Part shown: one piece after another, positions 1-9,761 of the stretch
How the letters are laid out: each line of letters begins with the position of its first letter
How positions within the stretch are numbered: position 1 is the first letter of the stretch
Virus record (IMG/VR): IMGVR_UViG_3300012979_000039
Location: 9,055-73,054 of that record
DNA: 64,000 bases
Source of the DNA: a virus
Lineage: Duplodnaviria; Caudoviricetes
Reading direction: 5' to 3' (one strand)
Program-made: the position numbers and the translations under genes
Notes under the pieces: model-generated
Databases searched by the model: none
What the model saw: the letters and a program-made list of their open reading frames with translations, nothing else
What the model was told of the DNA's origin: nothing

Positions 1-40
1 TTGAGAAAACTATCCAATATTTTAATGACCGAGTAAAATA

Positions 41-1270
41 ATGAACCCAATGAAGAACATAACAGTAGTAGGTGCCGGTTATGTTGGCCTGGCAAACGCC
101 TGCCTTCTGAGCAGGAAGAATAATGTGACTATCCTCGAAACCTCGTGGCATAAGGTCTTGCAACTTAACAACGCAATATCACCAATCAGTGATAAGGAGA
201 TTCAGGCTTGTCTATATGATAATATAGGCAAAACGCTCCGAGCTACGATAGAGAAGGATGAGGCGTATAATAATGCTACCGACATGGTGGTTATTGCCGT
301 GCCGACCAATTACGATGAAGACACCAATTACTTCGATACCTCGATTGTTGAAAGCGTTATCGCTGATGCCGAGAAACTTTGTCCCAATGCCTTAAAGGTA
401 ATCAAGTCCACTCTCCCTATTGGATTTGTGGATAGGATGGTAGAGAAAGGCTATCAAAATCTGTTTTTTAGTCCGGAGTTCCTGCGTGAAGGCAGTGCCT
501 TGAAAGACTGCCTGAATCCTGACAGGATAATCGTGGGAACAAGCCAAGACGAGTATAAGGCAAAAGCGGAATATATCTGCAATCTATTCTTAGAATGTAC
601 AGATAAGCAAGATGTTCCAACACTTGTAACAGGGGCAGCGGAAGCAGAGGCGGTAAAACTCTTTGCCAACTCATATCTTGCTATGCGAGTGGCATTCTTC
701 AATGAACTTGATACCTATGCAATCAAAAAGGGTTTATGTACCGAGCAGATTCTCAAAGGTGTGTGTCTTGACAAGAGGATAGGAGAGGGATATAATAACC
801 CGTCATTCGGGTATGGGGGTTATTGCTTCCCAAAAGACACCAAGCAACTCCTTGCCAACTATGAGGGTATACCGCAGAAGCTTGTGAGAGCGATTGTAGA
901 AGCGAATCCTACGAGGAAAATGGCAATAGTAAATGATATATACCACAAGATAAAGAACAGCGAAAATACAGCAGTAAAAGTCGGTATATATCGAATTGCC
1001 ATGAAGGCAGGATCCGATAATTATAGGATGAGTGCAAGTATCGATATTGCAGAGGAGTTGCAGAAACTCGGAATTGATGTCGTAATATACGAGGATGCGT
1101 CAATCTTCCCTTGCGGAAATATTAACGAGATACCTGTGGTGCATCATTTTGACTTATTTGCCAAAAATGTGGATATCATAGTTGCTAATAGAATTGACAA
1201 TAGGCTTGAACAAATCAAGAAACAAGGTCATCCCGAAATATACAGCAGGGATGTTTACAACGACAATTAG
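41..1270 (+). CDS. ugd: UDP-glucose 6-dehydrogenase
   Basis: Rossmann VVGAGYVG, FSPEFLREG, EAEAVKLFANSYLAMRVAFFNE and catalytic GYGGYCFPKD motifs. Confidence 0.95.
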   Translation: MNPMKNITVVGAGYVGLANACLLSRKNNVTILETSWHKVLQLNNAISPISDKEIQACLYDNIGKTLRATIEKDEAYNNATDMVVIAVPTNYDEDTNYFDTSIVESVIADAEKLCPNALKVIKSTLPIGFVDRMVEKGYQNLFFSPEFLREGSALKDCLNPDRIIVGTSQDEYKAKAEYICNLFLECTDKQDVPTLVTGAAEAEAVKLFANSYLAMRVAFFNELDTYAIKKGLCTEQILKGVCLDKRIGEGYNNPSFGYGGYCFPKDTKQLLANYEGIPQKLVRAIVEANPTRKMAIVNDIYHKIKNSENTAVKVGIYRIAMKAGSDNYRMSASIDIAEELQKLGIDVVIYEDASIFPCGNINEIPVVHHFDLFAKNVDIIVANRIDNRLEQIKKQGHPEIYSRDVYNDN

Positions 1271-1321
1271 AATAGGCTGAGGGGAAAGTCGTGATTTCGG
1301 TCTTTTCCCTTTCGCCTTATT
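1271..1321 (+). terminator. Hairpin after ugd (probable intrinsic terminator)
   Basis: AATAGGC..GAGGGGAAAG / CTTTTCCCTTTC..GCCTTATT inverted repeat immediately after the stop codon. Confidence 0.55.
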
Positions 1322-1333
1322 AGGAGGAAACAT

Positions 1334-1783
1334 ATGGGTGTAAGTGTAAAGAAACCAAAGATAAAGGACTTTATGAGAGCCTGTGAGGCAACAAAAGGAG
1401 ACCTCACGAAAATGGCTGTTGCGTTTAATGTCACGAGACGCACTGTTAGGAACTGGTGTAATGCTGATGCAAGATTTCAGGAGGCATTGGACGAGTACCG
1501 CGGCCGTTCTCTTGACGAGTGTCTTAACAGGGCAAAGCAACTTGCTCTTGGCATTCCGAAGATTGTAGAGAAGGATGGAAAGCAGGTCATTGCCGGGTGG
1601 ATTGAAAAGCCGGACGGATATATGCTTCGCTATCTTATTGGCAAGCTCGGCAAGGATGAAGGCTTCGGCGAGAGCATTGACATCACAAGCAAGGGTGAGA
1701 GCATCAAGCCAGACCCAATCGTCATTGAGGTTATCGACAGCAGGGACAAAGTTGCTAAATCAAGCGAAGAAACAGAGGAGTAA
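1334..1783 (+). CDS. terS: Terminase small subunit
   Basis: N-terminal HTH-like segment, DITSKGESI tail typical of TerS, position upstream of terL. Confidence 0.7.
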   Translation: MGVSVKKPKIKDFMRACEATKGDLTKMAVAFNVTRRTVRNWCNADARFQEALDEYRGRSLDECLNRAKQLALGIPKIVEKDGKQVIAGWIEKPDGYMLRYLIGKLGKDEGFGESIDITSKGESIKPDPIVIEVIDSRDKVAKSSEETEE

Positions 1784-1785
1784 TT

Positions 1786-2646
1786 ATGGAAAATAATAGT
1801 TCAAAAGAATTTAAGTCGTTTTTTAAGAAAGTGACAGGCAATGAGGGAGAAAGGTGTCATTATCCGACAAGGCTTGATACTTATGGCTGTGGTTGTAGCC
1901 ACGATTGTTCATATTGTTACGCGAAGTCTTTATTGGATTTTCGAAAGCTATGGAACCCGTCGCACCCGACAACAGCAAACTATGAGAAGGTTATCCGCAC
2001 TATAAGAAGAAACCTTAAAGAGGGAGATATAGTAAGGCTCGGAGGTATGACCGACTGTTTCCAGGCTATTGAGAGGGAAAGGAGGGTTACTTATAAGGCT
2101 ATCGAGGAACTTAATAAGAGAAATGTTGGCTACTTGATAGTAACTAAGTCTGACCTTGTAGCAAGTGACGAATATATGCAATTAATGAGAAAAGACCTTG
2201 CTCATATTCAGATTAGCATAACGACTACTGATGATAATTTATGCAAGACTTATGAGAAAGCTCCTTCTACCTCAAGGCATATTGCAGCGATTGAGAAGTT
2301 GCAGGCAGCGGGGTTTGATGTTCAAGTGAGGCTTTCCCCATATATCCCAGAAATTGTAGACCTTGAAAAGATTGGTGCCATAAAATGCGAGAAGTTATTG
2401 GTTGAGTTCCTACGAGCTAATACCTGGATAAAGAGGTGGTTCCCGCAGGTTGATTACTCCGCATATTCATTATTTCATAAAGGGTATAATCACTTGCCGC
2501 TTGACCGTAAGATAAACCTTATAAACGACATAAAATCCGTATGGGACAAAGAGGTATCGGTATGTGAAGATGTGCCGGAACATCAAGATTATTGGAATGA
2601 GTATATAAATTCTAATCCCGACGACTGTTGCAACCTTAGAAAGTAA
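1786..2646 (+). CDS. Radical SAM protein, spore-photoproduct-lyase-like (SplB-like)
   Basis: CxxxCxxC (CSHDCSYC), RLGGMTDCF, VTKS and RLSP motifs. Confidence 0.8.
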   Translation: MENNSSKEFKSFFKKVTGNEGERCHYPTRLDTYGCGCSHDCSYCYAKSLLDFRKLWNPSHPTTANYEKVIRTIRRNLKEGDIVRLGGMTDCFQAIERERRVTYKAIEELNKRNVGYLIVTKSDLVASDEYMQLMRKDLAHIQISITTTDDNLCKTYEKAPSTSRHIAAIEKLQAAGFDVQVRLSPYIPEIVDLEKIGAIKCEKLLVEFLRANTWIKRWFPQVDYSAYSLFHKGYNHLPLDRKINLINDIKSVWDKEVSVCEDVPEHQDYWNEYINSNPDDCCNLRK

Positions 2647-3837
2647 ATGCCGAAGATACAGGTAAATAGGGTTTATCACGAGATAGAGAGTGCATATAAG
2701 GCAGGCTATACAACCGTATCAGAACAAGGATCATCCCGCAGCGGAAAAACGATGAATACAGTTATATGGCTTGTCGTGTTTCTCTTAATGCATCCGGGGC
2801 TGTTGCTTTCTGTTGTGCGAAAGACGCTACCGGCTCTTAAAGGTTCAGTATTAAGGGACTTTAAGGAAGTAATGCTCAATATAGGCGTATGGAACGATAA
2901 GTCGTTCAACAAGTCAGAACTTATCTATACATTCCCTAACGGCAGTCAGATAGAGTTTTTTAGTACAGATGACGAGCAGAAAATCCGCGGACGAAAGCGA
3001 CATATCCTGTATGCTAATGAAGCTAATGAACTTGCGGAGATTGAGTGGCAGCAGTTGAAGATGCGTACCACGATGTTCTCCATTATGGACTATAACCCTT
3101 CGTTCTCCGAGGAGCATTGGATTAATGCAGTTAACGCAGACCCTCGAACCTATCACTTTATCACGACATACAAAGACAATCCGTTCCTTGAGCAGACGGT
3201 CATTGACGAAATCGAAAGCCTCAAGTACAAGAACAAGACGCTCTGGCAGGTCTATGGACTGGGACTACGTGCGATTGTCGAGGGACTTGTGTTCAAGCAT
3301 TTTGACATCGTTGACGAGGTGCCCGAATATGCCAAAAAGAAGCGTTGGAGAGGTATGGATTTTGGGTTTTCATCAGATCCAACAGCCATTATTGATGTCT
3401 TTCCTTACCAAGATATCTTATATGTTGATGAACTCTGTTACAACACGGAAATGCTTACTACTGATATAGTGCAGGTATTAAAAGCAAATGACCCTCTTGT
3501 TGAAACAATCTCTGAGAGTGCTGACCCCCGACTGATACAGGAAATCTACCGTGCGGGAATCAATATACACCCTGTTCATAAATTCCCTGGTAGTATTGAG
3601 GCAGGAATCACGAAACTTCTTGAGTTTAAAATTAAAATTACAAAGAGGAGTTTTAATCTGATAAAGGAGTTCAGAAATTACACATATGCTCAAGACAAGG
3701 AGGGAAAGTGGCTGAATAAGCCAGTGGACTGTTGGAATCACGGAATCGACAGCTTACGCTATGTCTGCCTTATGAAGATTCTCGGCGGCAAACCACGCCC
3801 TGTAAACCTCTCGAAGATAGCAAATAAGGCATACTAA
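2647..3837 (+). CDS. terL: Terminase large subunit, PBSX-like
   Basis: Walker A GSSRSGKT, Walker B YANEANE, nuclease motifs GMDFGFSSDP and NHGIDSLRY. Confidence 0.93.
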   Translation: MPKIQVNRVYHEIESAYKAGYTTVSEQGSSRSGKTMNTVIWLVVFLLMHPGLLLSVVRKTLPALKGSVLRDFKEVMLNIGVWNDKSFNKSELIYTFPNGSQIEFFSTDDEQKIRGRKRHILYANEANELAEIEWQQLKMRTTMFSIMDYNPSFSEEHWINAVNADPRTYHFITTYKDNPFLEQTVIDEIESLKYKNKTLWQVYGLGLRAIVEGLVFKHFDIVDEVPEYAKKKRWRGMDFGFSSDPTAIIDVFPYQDILYVDELCYNTEMLTTDIVQVLKANDPLVETISESADPRLIQEIYRAGINIHPVHKFPGSIEAGITKLLEFKIKITKRSFNLIKEFRNYTYAQDKEGKWLNKPVDCWNHGIDSLRYVCLMKILGGKPRPVNLSKIANKAY

Positions 3838-3861
3838 GTGATTGTAATGTAAATATTTTGT

Positions 3862-3869
3862 TATCTTTG
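3862..3869 (+). promoter_or_regulatory. Bacteroidetes -7 promoter element upstream of portal
   Basis: TATCTTTG matches TAnnTTTG in the terL-portal gap. Confidence 0.5.
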
Positions 3870-3929
3870 CGTGGTGATTACGATATAATCATAATAGTTT
3901 CAAAGGCACATCCAAGACATTCTCCACAG

Positions 3930-5402
3930 ATGAAAGACATCCAAGACATCATTCGCAGAGCCAAAGAGGGACAAGATGTTGTGTCCGAACTTATGGCAAA
4001 ATCTGTTTCAGTCCCAAGTTGGGAACTTGCACTCAAGTACGAATACGACACAAGGTTACACCCGGTTATGAATAAAGAGAAATATCCTGACATAGTGCTG
4101 TATGAGGAAAGAGTGTCGGAAACGGATGTTGACGAATACGGCAGACCGAAAGCCGTCAAAGTGGCTACCGGAGTAGAAAAGGTCAGCCGTGTGACTTATG
4201 ACCTTATGAGGCTCGCCGTCAAGAGAACGACAGAGCTGTGTTTTGGTATTCCTATCAAGCGCATCTACAAGCCGGAGAAAGATAACGAGAAGCAGAAAGA
4301 GATTGCCCGTTACCTCGAAAATATATTCCAGAGGAATAGAATCAACTCGGTCAATATAGACCGAAGCAACAAACTGTATTCGTCTTGCGAGGTCGCTACT
4401 ATCTGGTATGCTGTCAGGGAGGATAATAATTACTATGGGTTCAACAGCAAACTAAAACTCCGCTGTGCTACTTATTCTCCTATGCAGGGCGACAGCATCT
4501 ATCCACTCTATGATGAAACGGGCGACCTTGTTGCTCTGTCGTTTAAGTACACTCGCAAGGTTGCAGATAAGGATGTGTCATTCTTCGACACATATACCGC
4601 CGATACTCATATCGCTTGGAGCAATACAGGGGAACTTGGTTGGAGCCTTAGCGGACAAGTAGAGCCGATTGCTATTGGCAAGATTCCGGCAGTGTATCGC
4701 TACCGCAGACAGCCTGCATGGGAAGACCGTGCGCCGATTGTCTATGAAATGGAATGGGCGGTCAGCAGAAACGGAAACTATCTCAGGACAAACAGCAGAC
4801 CTATCCTTATGGCGGCGGTCAATGAGGAGGTAGGCTATGGTAACGAGCCGAAAGCAGATGCGGCATTCCGCGATATTGTCCAGTACCCACAAGGCTCGAC
4901 GCTCCAGTATGTGACTTGGAACCAGGCAATCGACAACCTCAAGTTCTATGTCGAGGAGTTGAAGCAGTCGTTCTTCACTCAGCTGCAGCTCCCTGACTGG
5001 AGTTACGAGAACATGAAGACAAGCCCGATGTCGGGCGAGGCTCGCAAGCAGCTCTTTATCGACTGCCACCTCAAAGTGAAAGACGAAGCTGGCGACTGGA
5101 TTGAGTTCTTTGACCGCGAGGTAAATGTGGTAAAGGCGTTCCTCAAGCAGATGCTCCCACAGGACTGGCACAATGATATTGACGCTCTCGTTGTGGAGAA
5201 TCAGATGACCCCTTACATCATTGACGACCGCAAGGAAGATGCAGAGATCCTTCTACTCAAGAACGGACAGAAGCCGCTGATGTCGCAGCGTGAGTCAATC
5301 CAGGCACTCGGCGAAAGTGAGGATGTGGATGCTACTCTTGCGGAAATCCAGCAAGAAAGTGCCGCTTCTTTGGTGTCTGACGCACTTGGACTTGCACAAT
5401 AA
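3930..5402 (+). CDS. Portal protein (SPP1 gp6-like)
   Basis: Follows terL; ~490 aa; SGEARKQLF and SQRESIQALG motifs; ATG 3930 preferred to TTG 3858. Confidence 0.85.
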   Translation: MKDIQDIIRRAKEGQDVVSELMAKSVSVPSWELALKYEYDTRLHPVMNKEKYPDIVLYEERVSETDVDEYGRPKAVKVATGVEKVSRVTYDLMRLAVKRTTELCFGIPIKRIYKPEKDNEKQKEIARYLENIFQRNRINSVNIDRSNKLYSSCEVATIWYAVREDNNYYGFNSKLKLRCATYSPMQGDSIYPLYDETGDLVALSFKYTRKVADKDVSFFDTYTADTHIAWSNTGELGWSLSGQVEPIAIGKIPAVYRYRRQPAWEDRAPIVYEMEWAVSRNGNYLRTNSRPILMAAVNEEVGYGNEPKADAAFRDIVQYPQGSTLQYVTWNQAIDNLKFYVEELKQSFFTQLQLPDWSYENMKTSPMSGEARKQLFIDCHLKVKDEAGDWIEFFDREVNVVKAFLKQMLPQDWHNDIDALVVENQMTPYIIDDRKEDAEILLLKNGQKPLMSQRESIQALGESEDVDATLAEIQQESAASLVSDALGLAQ

Positions 5403-5481
5403 GGTGTATTCCGCTGTTTTCGCTTATAGAAACCGGGCAAATTTCGATTCAAATATCCTTGAAAGGTAATTTATTATCCGA

Positions 5482-8400
5482 ATGGCAGAAACCCCGAAAA
5501 ACCCCGTTATTCTTGATTCTTTTGACAAGAAGCATTTGCAACAGATAGCGGCACTTGAAAACAAGGTAGCCGCTATCTATGCTGAACTGTGCAAAGAGGT
5601 CGGGGTAGTCGGAACGCTGTTCGGTGGTAAAGTGGACTTGGAAAAGGTCTTTAAACTCGGCGACTATCCTGAAATCAATAAGAAAGTTGACCAGATTATC
5701 GAAAGCCTACACGACAGGCTCGGCTCGGCAATCGTTGATGGAGTGACGGCTCAATGGCAGCTCGCTAACGAGAAGAACGATGACCTTGTGCGAAAGGTGT
5801 TCGGCAAAGACCTTGACAACCTTACGGAAGACCAGATAACGCGGTATTTTACAAGCAATCAATCGGCTCTTGACGCATTTCTCAAGCGAAAGGACAAAGG
5901 GCTGGGGTTGTCTCAAAAAGTGTGGAAGTATGCGAAAGAAGCGAAAGTGGACATTGAAAGTGCGCTCGAACTTGGAATCAAGACAGGGCAGTCCGCATCG
6001 TCAATGGCAAGAGACCTCAAGCAGTATCTCAAGGAGCCGGACAAACTGTTTAGGAGAGTACGCGACAAAGAAGGAAAACTGCACCTATCGAAAGCAGCAC
6101 AAGCATACCACCCCGGACGAGGAGTGTACCGAAGCAGTTACAAGAACGCCCTCCGTCTTGCGGTGACGGAGGCAAATATGGCTTACCGCGCATCTGACTA
6201 TGAGAGGGTGCAGAACTTTGACTTCGTTGTGGGTATTGAAGTGCGGTTATCAAACAATCATACACTTAACGGAAAGCCTTTCTACGACATCTGCGACGAA
6301 CTCAAGGGCAAGTATCCAAAGGACTTCAAGTTCAGAGGCTGGCATCCGTTCTGCTATTCAAAGGATTCAGAAGTGCTGACAGCACAAGGCTGGAAGAAAT
6401 TTGCCGATGTTACATTTGAGGATTCTATCATTTCCCTTAATCCGGAAACAAGAGAGGTTGAATATGTTGGCATAACAGCCAAGCAGCAGTATTGGTATGC
6501 AGGACTTATGTGCCGGTTCTATAATAAGACGCTCGACTGTCTTGTTACTCCTGACCACTCTATGGTGTATCTTAATAAGCGTGACGGAGAAATTAGAAAC
6601 TGCCAGGCAAAGGACTATACAAAGGGCAAAGGAGGGTTCTATCGCTCTGCAATGAATAGCACACAAGATAGACCTCATATCTGCATTGGTGGTTCCTGCT
6701 ATAAGTTTGACGCATTCTGTGAGTTTATGGGCTATTGGCTTTCTGACGGAAGTCTTGAACATAATAGTGGCGTTAGTATATCTCAGAATGTAGGGGAGAA
6801 AGCGAGAGAAGACATTGTAGCGTGTGTCAAGAGACTTGGCTTTGAACCTAAGTTGAGAAACGATAAGGTGCTGTTCTATAATGCACGATTCAATGCTTAT
6901 CTCAAGCAGTTTGGATATAGTTACACGAAATATGTTCCAGAAGAGATAAAGACCGCTTCTGCTCGACAGATAAAGATATTCCTTGACGCTTTTATCAAGT
7001 GTGACGGTCACGAAAGACCTTGTAAATCGTTTGTCGGTAATCACGGCAATGTGTTTGCATCGCAGAATGGAGAGAAGATGTATTTTACAACCTCTCCAAG
7101 AATGGCAGGTGATTTGTGCGAGTGTATGCTTAAAGTAGGGCACAGGCCAAGTGTTGCTGTTAGTGAACCACATACAGCAGTCAAGAAAGATGGCACAATC
7201 ATTCAAGGAAACAAGCCGCATTATTCGATAAGGGAGTGCGGGTCTATTACCTCTACTGTGTTCGACAAAGAGGAAGTGGGATACTCTGACTATGTATATG
7301 ATTTGACCCTTGAAAGGAATCACATTATGTACATCAAGAGGAATGGAAAGTGCTTTTGGGGTTCAAACTGCCGTTGCCACGCAATTACTATCCTCAAGAC
7401 AAGGGAAGAACTTATGGCTGACAACGAGCGTATCCTTGACGGGCAAGAGCCTACCGAGGAAAGCGTAAACTCTGTGAATGACTTGCCTGATAATTTCAAG
7501 GCTTGGGCGGTCAAGAACAAGAGCCGAATCCTCGCAGCTGACGAAAGGGGCACTCTCCCTTACTTTATTACCGACAACCCATATAGCGTGAACAGCGCAA
7601 TCGGTCAGCCTTTGGCAAGTATCAAGGTGCCGCTTTGGTATGCCCATAACGCACAGGTCAAGGAGGTGCAGGGTAAGCTCAAGGAAATCAAGTCATGGAC
7701 TCTGGAACACCCTAAGGCAAAGAAGTTTGTTGGCCAGATCAATGATGTGGAATCGGCGATTGCTAACGGAGCCTCTATTGAGGATATATTGGCTCAATTT
7801 AATATTCTGGACCATGATTATAAGTTTAGGGTAAGCCACGATGCTTATTTAGCACGAAAGAAAGCGGAAGCAGCCAAGAAGCCTACCGCCCTTGATATTG
7901 CGAAGAAGCGTCACGAAAGCAGAACGCAGGAGCAGATTGACAAGATTAGAGTTGAGTGGGGCAAAAGAACTATCAGACAACTTAATCAGGCTATTGATGA
8001 CGGATTGCTGCCACAGGAAGTATTCGGCAAGACCGGCGATATGTATATGATGCTTAAGGAAGGTAACTTTGGTGCATTCAACAAGGCTGCATTACCTCTG
8101 CAGAAGGCTATCGCAAGACATAAGGCACGAACCCCTGAAATTAAGAAGGCAATACAAGACGCTTGGGACTTCCGTAAAGAGGCAATCCTCAAGGACGAGC
8201 AGTTCCTCTCTGCTCTCATTCCTAATGTCAAGGATTGGAAGAAGCAGTTTAGCAGCAAGAAACTCCACGAGGTTTACGATGCCGTTGAGAAGAAGATGGC
8301 TCAAATCAATGCACTTCCTCTTGATCAGCAGATTAAGGCTCTTAACAAGGAAATCCTGTATGTGTCCGATGCGACATATCTCAAGCCTCATACTCTCTAT

Positions 8401-9453
8401 CCTACTTGGCAGGTGTCACAGGCCGCTTATTATAAGCAACTTGGTGCAGTCCAGTACAAGATTAGCGTCAAAGGTGTTCAAGATACTCTTAAACCTATCA
8501 ATGATTGGTTAGCGAATCATCCGAAGGTCAAAAAGCTTGCAGGATTGGTTGATGAGGTCGAAGACCTTATCAATAGCGGAGCTGATATTAGCACAATCAA
8601 TGCAAAACTCTCGTCGGTTACTGCCGAATACAAGAATAAACTTTATGATGAACAGCATGCTGCGAAACTTAAAGCAAAGAAACTGAACAAGGCGAGTGAG
8701 TCTTTTGATGATTCAATATTTACGAAAGAGAAAAGAGATAATGCCGTTTGGCATAAGACAGCGAAAGAGGCGGACGACTACTTCCATGAAAACGCAGTGG
8801 AGTTTTGGACCAAAGTTACTCAACAAGAGAAAGAAGCATTATGGGGTTACACAGCGGGTTCTGGCTATATCACAGAGCCGCTACGAGCAATCCCAGGGCA
8901 TTATTACTATTATTCAAGTAAGTTCAAGAAAACTGAAAACCATATTCAGTGGCTTACAGATGCACTACATAAGCAGCACTTAAAAGATGATACGTGGTTA
9001 AAAAGAGACTCTGACCCTTGGAATATTGATTATATATTCAAGATTGATCTTAGTAAGTATAAGAAAGACCCTTCTGCTTTGGTGGGTAAAGTTGGACTTG
9101 AAGATAGCTTCCAATCTTGCGGTTCTTGTAGGGAGACAAGGTTTACGGCAACTGGACCAAAGAAAGTCATAATGAATCTCTATTGTCCGAAAGGCACTCC
9201 GGCAGCTTATGCACAGCCTTGGTCATCTTGTGGTACATATGGCCAGAGTTGGGATGGAATAAAGAAAGCTAATCCTGAACCTTGGAGTGAAAACGAAGTG
9301 CTATTGCAGCGAGGCGCAAAGATGCGAATTACTAAAGCGGAATATGATAGTGTTAGCGATATGTGGTATATTGATGTTGATGTGATAGGATTTGATATAC
9401 GAGACTTTGACTTGATACAGGAATCTTCTGGATATTATTGCAGATATAAGTAG
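5482..9453 (+). CDS. MuF/SPP1 gp7-like minor head protein with intein and C-terminal ADP-ribosyltransferase
   Basis: After portal; GWHPF|CRC MuF motif split by an intein; C-terminal YTAGSGYITEPLR, KRD, FQSC and ENEVLLQRG (R-S-ExE ART). Confidence 0.88.
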   Translation: MAETPKNPVILDSFDKKHLQQIAALENKVAAIYAELCKEVGVVGTLFGGKVDLEKVFKLGDYPEINKKVDQIIESLHDRLGSAIVDGVTAQWQLANEKNDDLVRKVFGKDLDNLTEDQITRYFTSNQSALDAFLKRKDKGLGLSQKVWKYAKEAKVDIESALELGIKTGQSASSMARDLKQYLKEPDKLFRRVRDKEGKLHLSKAAQAYHPGRGVYRSSYKNALRLAVTEANMAYRASDYERVQNFDFVVGIEVRLSNNHTLNGKPFYDICDELKGKYPKDFKFRGWHPFCYSKDSEVLTAQGWKKFADVTFEDSIISLNPETREVEYVGITAKQQYWYAGLMCRFYNKTLDCLVTPDHSMVYLNKRDGEIRNCQAKDYTKGKGGFYRSAMNSTQDRPHICIGGSCYKFDAFCEFMGYWLSDGSLEHNSGVSISQNVGEKAREDIVACVKRLGFEPKLRNDKVLFYNARFNAYLKQFGYSYTKYVPEEIKTASARQIKIFLDAFIKCDGHERPCKSFVGNHGNVFASQNGEKMYFTTSPRMAGDLCECMLKVGHRPSVAVSEPHTAVKKDGTIIQGNKPHYSIRECGSITSTVFDKEEVGYSDYVYDLTLERNHIMYIKRNGKCFWGSNCRCHAITILKTREELMADNERILDGQEPTEESVNSVNDLPDNFKAWAVKNKSRILAADERGTLPYFITDNPYSVNSAIGQPLASIKVPLWYAHNAQVKEVQGKLKEIKSWTLEHPKAKKFVGQINDVESAIANGASIEDILAQFNILDHDYKFRVSHDAYLARKKAEAAKKPTALDIAKKRHESRTQEQIDKIRVEWGKRTIRQLNQAIDDGLLPQEVFGKTGDMYMMLKEGNFGAFNKAALPLQKAIARHKARTPEIKKAIQDAWDFRKEAILKDEQFLSALIPNVKDWKKQFSSKKLHEVYDAVEKKMAQINALPLDQQIKALNKEILYVSDATYLKPHTLYPTWQVSQAAYYKQLGAVQYKISVKGVQDTLKPINDWLANHPKVKKLAGLVDEVEDLINSGADISTINAKLSSVTAEYKNKLYDEQHAAKLKAKKLNKASESFDDSIFTKEKRDNAVWHKTAKEADDYFHENAVEFWTKVTQQEKEALWGYTAGSGYITEPLRAIPGHYYYYSSKFKKTENHIQWLTDALHKQHLKDDTWLKRDSDPWNIDYIFKIDLSKYKKDPSALVGKVGLEDSFQSCGSCRETRFTATGPKKVIMNLYCPKGTPAAYAQPWSSCGTYGQSWDGIKKANPEPWSENEVLLQRGAKMRITKAEYDSVSDMWYIDVDVIGFDIRDFDLIQESSGYYCRYK
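6352..7368 (+). mobile_element. Intein (339 aa) with LAGLIDADG homing endonuclease
   Basis: Starts CYSKDSEVLT, ends YVYDLTLERNH...GSN followed by +1 Cys; LAGLIDADG-like blocks FMGYWLSDGS and FLDAFIKCDG. Confidence 0.9.
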
Positions 9454-9464
9454 GGATAACTGCC

Positions 9465-9761
9465 CTACTTATAAAGCTGCGAATAAAAAGATTTGAAAGC
9501 CTCGATGTCTTCCCTTTCGGTATATTGGAAGTACCTATTCATAAGAAACGCTTTAAGCGAAATAGGAACCGCATCATCTTTAGCAAAGTGAATCATTCCG
9601 TGTGCCATATAGTCGCTAAAAGCGTCTGAAAGCATTTCTTCGCTTGCGTGTACCCACAAAGCTTCAATTTTCCACGCTGTGAGTCGTGGGTCTCTTATAC
9701 TAAAAGGAGGTGTCTTCTCTCCTTTATAGAATCGACAGTAATCATTTTTTTTCATTATCAA
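9465..9761 (-). CDS. Hypothetical protein, candidate ART immunity partner
   Basis: 98 aa ORF overlapping the ARH stop by 4 nt, convergent with the MuF-ART gene. Confidence 0.6.
   Translation of the reverse strand: MIMKKNDYCRFYKGEKTPPFSIRDPRLTAWKIEALWVHASEEMLSDAFSDYMAHGMIHFAKDDAVPISLKAFLMNRYFQYTEREDIEAFKSFYSQLYK

Noticed and set aside
6367-7323. 318-aa antisense ORF (and similar long opposite-strand ORFs at 17184, 32210, 42014, 48934)
   Set aside because: Shadows of well-supported genes on the other strand, with no recognisable motifs
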